This document shows, piece after piece, positions 7,451-10,570 of a DNA stretch of 10,570 nt. Every line of letters begins with the position of its first letter. Within the stretch, counting starts at the first letter, position 1. Both the position numbers and the translations under genes were made by a program. Where the stretch lies: the NCBI GenBank assembly GCA_044869275.1, contig JBIOXB010000194.1:1-10570 (forward strand), in the 5' to 3' direction. Below the pieces are notes generated by a model. It was not told where the DNA came from, did no database searches, and worked only from the letters and a program-made list of their open reading frames with translations. Source of the stretch: a bacterium (GTDB taxonomy: Bacteria > Zhuqueibacterota > Zhuqueibacteria > Zhuqueibacterales > Zhuqueibacteraceae).

Positions 7451-8446
7451 TCACCACCACTTTTGCGCGTCCGGCGCGGGAGACCATTGCGATTTGGGCT
7501 CGAAATGCTGCCACAGCAACCGCGAGACTTTGCGAATCAGCACATAGCCTTCGTTGTCATATTCCCAACGCTCGTCAAGCTGATTCTTAGTCATGAGGCA
7601 AAATACATAATCTCCGGCAGGAGCATTGACGAGCACCACTTCCGAGCGCGAGCGGTTGACCGCCCCCTGCTTTGAAGCGGCTTGCACGCCCGGCGGAATT
7701 TGCGACAGCGCTTCGCCGTCCCAATAAATGCGCACGAGATTGCGGTACATGCGTTCGCTGGCCGAAGGGCTCACCGCACGGCCGGCCCGAATCATCACCA
7801 ACAGCTCCGCCATTTCGCGCGGCGTGGTTTGTCCCCAGCCGAATTGCTCACGCGCCTGCTCCCGGCCGGGCGTGCGCGAATTTACGCGTGTTTGCTGAAA
7901 GCCATGTGCTTCCAGCCAGGCGTTGATCGCCGTTCCCGTGCCGGCCAGGCTTTGGCACCACAAGCTCGCGGTGTTGTCGCTCGTGGTGATCATCAGCATC
8001 ACGACCTTGCTGAACGCAATCTGCTCACCGTCCTTGAACGAGCCGAGCAAGTCTTCGCCGGCGTAGAGCAGGGAATCACGGTAGGTCAACGTGGCGTGAT
8101 AATCCAATTCGCCCTTTTCAAATTTCTCAAACAGAGCCAGCATGATTGGCACTTTGACCATGCTCGCGGTCGGGAACAACTCCTCCGCGCGAATGGCGGC
8201 GCTGCTGCCGGAGGCTAAATGGCGCACGTAAATGCCGGCATCGCCGCGGAAATCCTTGAACACGGTTTCGAGCTTGTGCAGAAGATCACGATCGACTTTT
8301 TCAGCGGTGGCAATTTTTTGAGCGCGGGCGAAAACTGGCAAAACAAACAACAGCAGTGAGAGCGCAAAAAACTTCAAACTCTTTTCTGCACGCCAGAGCA
8401 GGTGTTTCGGCGGGAACAAAACCATGACACTGCGAGCACAAGGCAT
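7451..8446 (-). CDS. Exported serine hydrolase of class A beta-lactamase fold (Beta-lactamase2 / PBP-A-like)
   Basis: Motifs FPTASMVK (SxxK, 8153-8164), SDN (7973-7981), TTPREM and KQG (7664-7672) in place of KTG. Signal-peptide-like segment LKFFALSLLLFVLPVFARA-Q. GGAGG lies 5 nt upstream of ATG8446; ATG8425 and TTG8377 are alternative starts. Confidence 0.85.
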   Translation of the reverse strand: MPCARSVMVLFPPKHLLWRAEKSLKFFALSLLLFVLPVFARAQKIATAEKVDRDLLHKLETVFKDFRGDAGIYVRHLASGSSAAIRAEELFPTASMVKVPIMLALFEKFEKGELDYHATLTYRDSLLYAGEDLLGSFKDGEQIAFSKVVMLMITTSDNTASLWCQSLAGTGTAINAWLEAHGFQQTRVNSRTPGREQAREQFGWGQTTPREMAELLVMIRAGRAVSPSASERMYRNLVRIYWDGEALSQIPPGVQAASKQGAVNRSRSEVVLVNAPAGDYVFCLMTKNQLDERWEYDNEGYVLIRKVSRLLWQHFEPKSQWSPAPDAQKWW

Positions 8447-8491
8447 CCCTTCCTCCCGGGAACAAGTTGGCAATCGCTCCGAATTCCTACA

Positions 8492-8560
8492 CTTGCTCTT
8501 ACTCTTACTCGGATCCGCTTGTAGAATTTTCAAAGCAAGCACGAGCTTCAGCATCGAGCA
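8492..8560. repeat. Degenerate hexamer tandem repeats in opposite orientations in the amidase / serine hydrolase spacer
   Basis: cttgct cttact cttact c at 8492-8510, then looser AGC-spaced units (agca agca cgagc ttcagc atcgagc a) at 8534-8560 that resemble the complement (GAGYAA-like). Confidence 0.5.
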
Positions 8561-10111
8561 TCACTTGATGATCAGCATTTTGCTCTGCTGCATTTCTGTC
8601 CCGCCTACCGCGCGAACGAAATACACGCCAGTGGGAGTTCTTTGGCTCGCGATATTCTCTCCTTCCCAAACAAGCTGGTGCACGCCCGCTGCCCACAATT
8701 GTTCCGGCCAATCGCGCACGATCTGCCCCGTAACATTGTGAATCGTCAGACGCAATGTCTGCGCAACGGGAAGATGAAAAGAAATGTGGATCGCAGAAGC
8801 AGCGGCATTTTGCGAAAGCGCAAAAGGATTCGGGTAAGCCGGCAACAGTGTAAATGATGCAGGAATATCGATATCTCGTTCGTGCACCAGGGTGGTAAAG
8901 TCATTGATGATCTTCGCCACGGAATCTCGAATGGCCAGCTTGTGCACAAACAAAGAATCGCCCGGGCAGGCCGTCGCGCAAACATCCCGATGGCCGATAA
9001 TGTGGTCCGCAACTGCTCCGTGGGCCACATACAAACTCCGGCCCTTGGGGTCGATATTACGCTCGTAACATTTCCAGGCAAGCAAAAGCTGCAACGCGGT
9101 GAGCATTTCCGGCGTGGGCAGGTCTGCGGTAAGTTTGACATTGTCTCTGTGAAAATACCCGAGCATGGACACGCCCATGGTGCCGGAGTTTTTGGCGCAA
9201 GCGTGCGCTCCCAACACATCAGTCCCATCATTTTCGTCCTCACGGCCTTGAATAATGGAGCCGTGGCGACAGATCAAATAGTTGTAGCCGACGTCATCCC
9301 ACCCATTGCTGTCCATGTGATACGCTTGAATTGCGCGCACCCGGGCGGCGCAGTCGTTCCAATCGCGCACGTTGTAATCCGAAATGCCGGCGGTGTGATG
9401 GAATATGAGATGTTTGGCCATGGTGTAGCTGTAGCTTCTGGCCGGCGGGCGGGCTCCCCATTGGCTGCGCCGGAAGAGCTGCGGCTTGGGCACAGCGGCA
9501 TAATCGCGCTTCAGATCGAAAGGCGCCAGCTGATTTTGTGACTCGCCAAGCGCCGGGCCGTCCACTGAATTGATCAACTGCAGAGTGACGCGCTCCAGGC
9601 GCGGCGAGAAATGTTCGCTGCCTTGAAATTGCATCTGATACTGCACGAAACGGCTGCTGGGGTGAACGAATACCAGCGCACCCATGCGGTCGCCGGCGAA
9701 GGAGAGCGATCGTTCCTCTTCATCTGCTTGCGCCGCCAGGTCCTCGTCTTCTGGCACGAACAACCAATCGTTCCAGCGTTCGCCGTCTGCGCTCACGCGA
9801 ATGTAAACCTCAAGACGTGTTCCAGCGGGCACATCGGCAAGCCAGTGCGGGCCTATCGCGTTGAAGGGAAAATCATTTGCGATGATGGGAGAGATGAAAC
9901 TGGCCGAGGTCGCTCGCGGCGCCAGCTGCAAAGTCGCGCCGTCCCATCTCAGGTCAGGAGAAAACCGGAGCTGGCTGAAAGTACTAGCCGCATGCGGCCG
10001 CTGCACGGACTTTGTTTCAGCCGCGCGCGCTGATACATTCAGGCACATGGATATGAAAACAAGCCCGAGCAAGGCCGCCGTTTTTTTTGGTCGAATTGTG
10101 GCATGTTTCAT
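8561..10111 (-). CDS. Secreted PGRP-like N-acetylmuramoyl-L-alanine amidase (Amidase_2) with an N-terminal accessory domain and a C-terminal FlgD-Ig/T9SS-type-A-like sorting domain
   Basis: Signal peptide MKHATIRPKK...VSARA-A. Catalytic-domain motifs RRSQWGARPP, HHTAG (9392-9400), GWDDVGYNYLI, QGR, GAHA, GHRD and TACPG (His/His/Cys Zn ligands). C-terminus has AYPNPF (8822-8836), IHNVTGQIVR, LVWEG and GVYFVR...KMLIIK. GAGG lies upstream of ATG10111. Confidence 0.88.
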   Translation of the reverse strand: MKHATIRPKKTAALLGLVFISMCLNVSARAAETKSVQRPHAASTFSQLRFSPDLRWDGATLQLAPRATSASFISPIIANDFPFNAIGPHWLADVPAGTRLEVYIRVSADGERWNDWLFVPEDEDLAAQADEEERSLSFAGDRMGALVFVHPSSRFVQYQMQFQGSEHFSPRLERVTLQLINSVDGPALGESQNQLAPFDLKRDYAAVPKPQLFRRSQWGARPPARSYSYTMAKHLIFHHTAGISDYNVRDWNDCAARVRAIQAYHMDSNGWDDVGYNYLICRHGSIIQGREDENDGTDVLGAHACAKNSGTMGVSMLGYFHRDNVKLTADLPTPEMLTALQLLLAWKCYERNIDPKGRSLYVAHGAVADHIIGHRDVCATACPGDSLFVHKLAIRDSVAKIINDFTTLVHERDIDIPASFTLLPAYPNPFALSQNAAASAIHISFHLPVAQTLRLTIHNVTGQIVRDWPEQLWAAGVHQLVWEGENIASQRTPTGVYFVRAVGGTEMQQSKMLIIK

Positions 10112-10232
10112 CCCTGTTCCTCGCCTTCGCTTGGTGCATACGGCAGTCATGTTTGCGCCGATTCAAATGTTGAAAATAGTCCCATGCTGGCAATAAAGCA
10201 ACTGCATTTTTTCCTAACCATGGAATATGACC

Positions 10233-10260
10233 AGTTTAATTTACGCCGGGCCATTTGCAA
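10233..10260 (-). promoter_or_regulatory. Putative sigma70-type promoter for the minus-strand amidase gene run
   Basis: Minus strand reads TTGCAA (10260-10255)-N16-TAAACT (10238-10233) within the AT-rich divergent spacer. This is a motif match only. Confidence 0.4.
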
Positions 10261-10330
10261 AATTTAGAAAAGCTTGCCATCTTTACCTTATAACCTTGCA
10301 GGCTTAGACTAAGTTATGTGGAGAAAGATG

Positions 10331-10570
10331 ATGAAAGTTTTCAATTCTTCAAGGCGATTTTCGCCGAGATATCTCCTGCTCATCTGTTTCACGGTTTGGG
10401 AATCAGCTTGGGCTCAAACCAAACCGCGCGCGCGCGATCTCGGAATTCATTTTGAGGGCACGCCCGGGGCGTGGAATGCGATTACCGATGTGAGCGGTGT
10501 CGAGACCGGAAATGCAACACTGATTTCAGGCGAGGGCGAGCTGAAAGTGGGCCAGGGCCCGGTGCGCACC
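10331..10570 (+). CDS. DmpA-like P1/S58 family aminopeptidase (L-aminopeptidase/D-esterase), 5' part only, truncated by the window end
   Basis: Translated by hand: MKVFNSSRRFSPRYLLLICFTVWESAWAQTKPRARDLGIHFEGTPGAWNAITDVSGVETGNATLISGEGELKVGQGPVRT. KPRARDLG...GTPG..NAITDV.GV...GPVRT is the characteristic DmpA N-terminus. It has an AWA-Q signal-peptide-like cleavage site, and GGAG lies at 10320-10323. Absent from the ORF track. Confidence 0.88.
   Translation, partial: MKVFNSSRRFSPRYLLLICFTVWESAWAQTKPRARDLGIHFEGTPGAWNAITDVSGVETGNATLISGEGELKVGQGPVRT

Noticed and set aside
8447..8554. N-terminal extension MLKLVLAL...SKSKSK of the serine hydrolase ORF
   Set aside because: It is produced by hexamer repeats. 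The SD at 8452-8456 supports ATG8446, and the signal-peptide-like segment lies further downstream.
8882..9541. 219-aa plus-strand ORF and other short overlapping ORFs in the track
   Set aside because: They lie wholly within well-supported genes on the opposite strand or in another frame and have no motifs or RBS support.
645..10570. Two self-processing N-terminal-nucleophile-type enzymes (asparaginase family and DmpA) in one window as a linked system
   Set aside because: They are about 8.6 kb apart, in different transcription units and of different folds; nothing in the sequence links them.

Overview
A gene-dense, moderately GC-rich bacterial chromosomal window from a diderm (lpxB is present). 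A C-terminal YPNPF FlgD-Ig/T9SS-like sorting domain suggests an FCB-superphylum relative such as KSB1/Calditrichota (inference only). The + strand carries a secreted rhodanese-domain protein, a Tat-exported glycosylasparaginase/isoaspartyl-peptidase-type Ntn hydrolase, proA (no adjacent proB) and lpxB (outside the usual lpx cluster). A convergent - strand run encodes a PGRP-like Amidase_2 with a C-terminal sorting domain, a class-A-beta-lactamase-fold serine hydrolase, a membrane GT2 glycosyltransferase and a translationally coupled PHP-type (CehA/McbA-like) metallohydrolase. A divergent DmpA/S58 peptidase starts at the right edge and is missing from the ORF track. I found no RNA genes, CRISPR arrays or transposases. 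The most unusual signals are (i) degenerate 6-7-bp tandem-repeat arrays in three different intergenic spacers, one forming a 40-bp imperfect palindrome that abuts the lpxB start codon, (ii) a possible exported peptidoglycan-scavenging module (amidase + serine hydrolase + DmpA), and (iii) an uncharacterised coupled GT2 + PHP hydrolase pair.
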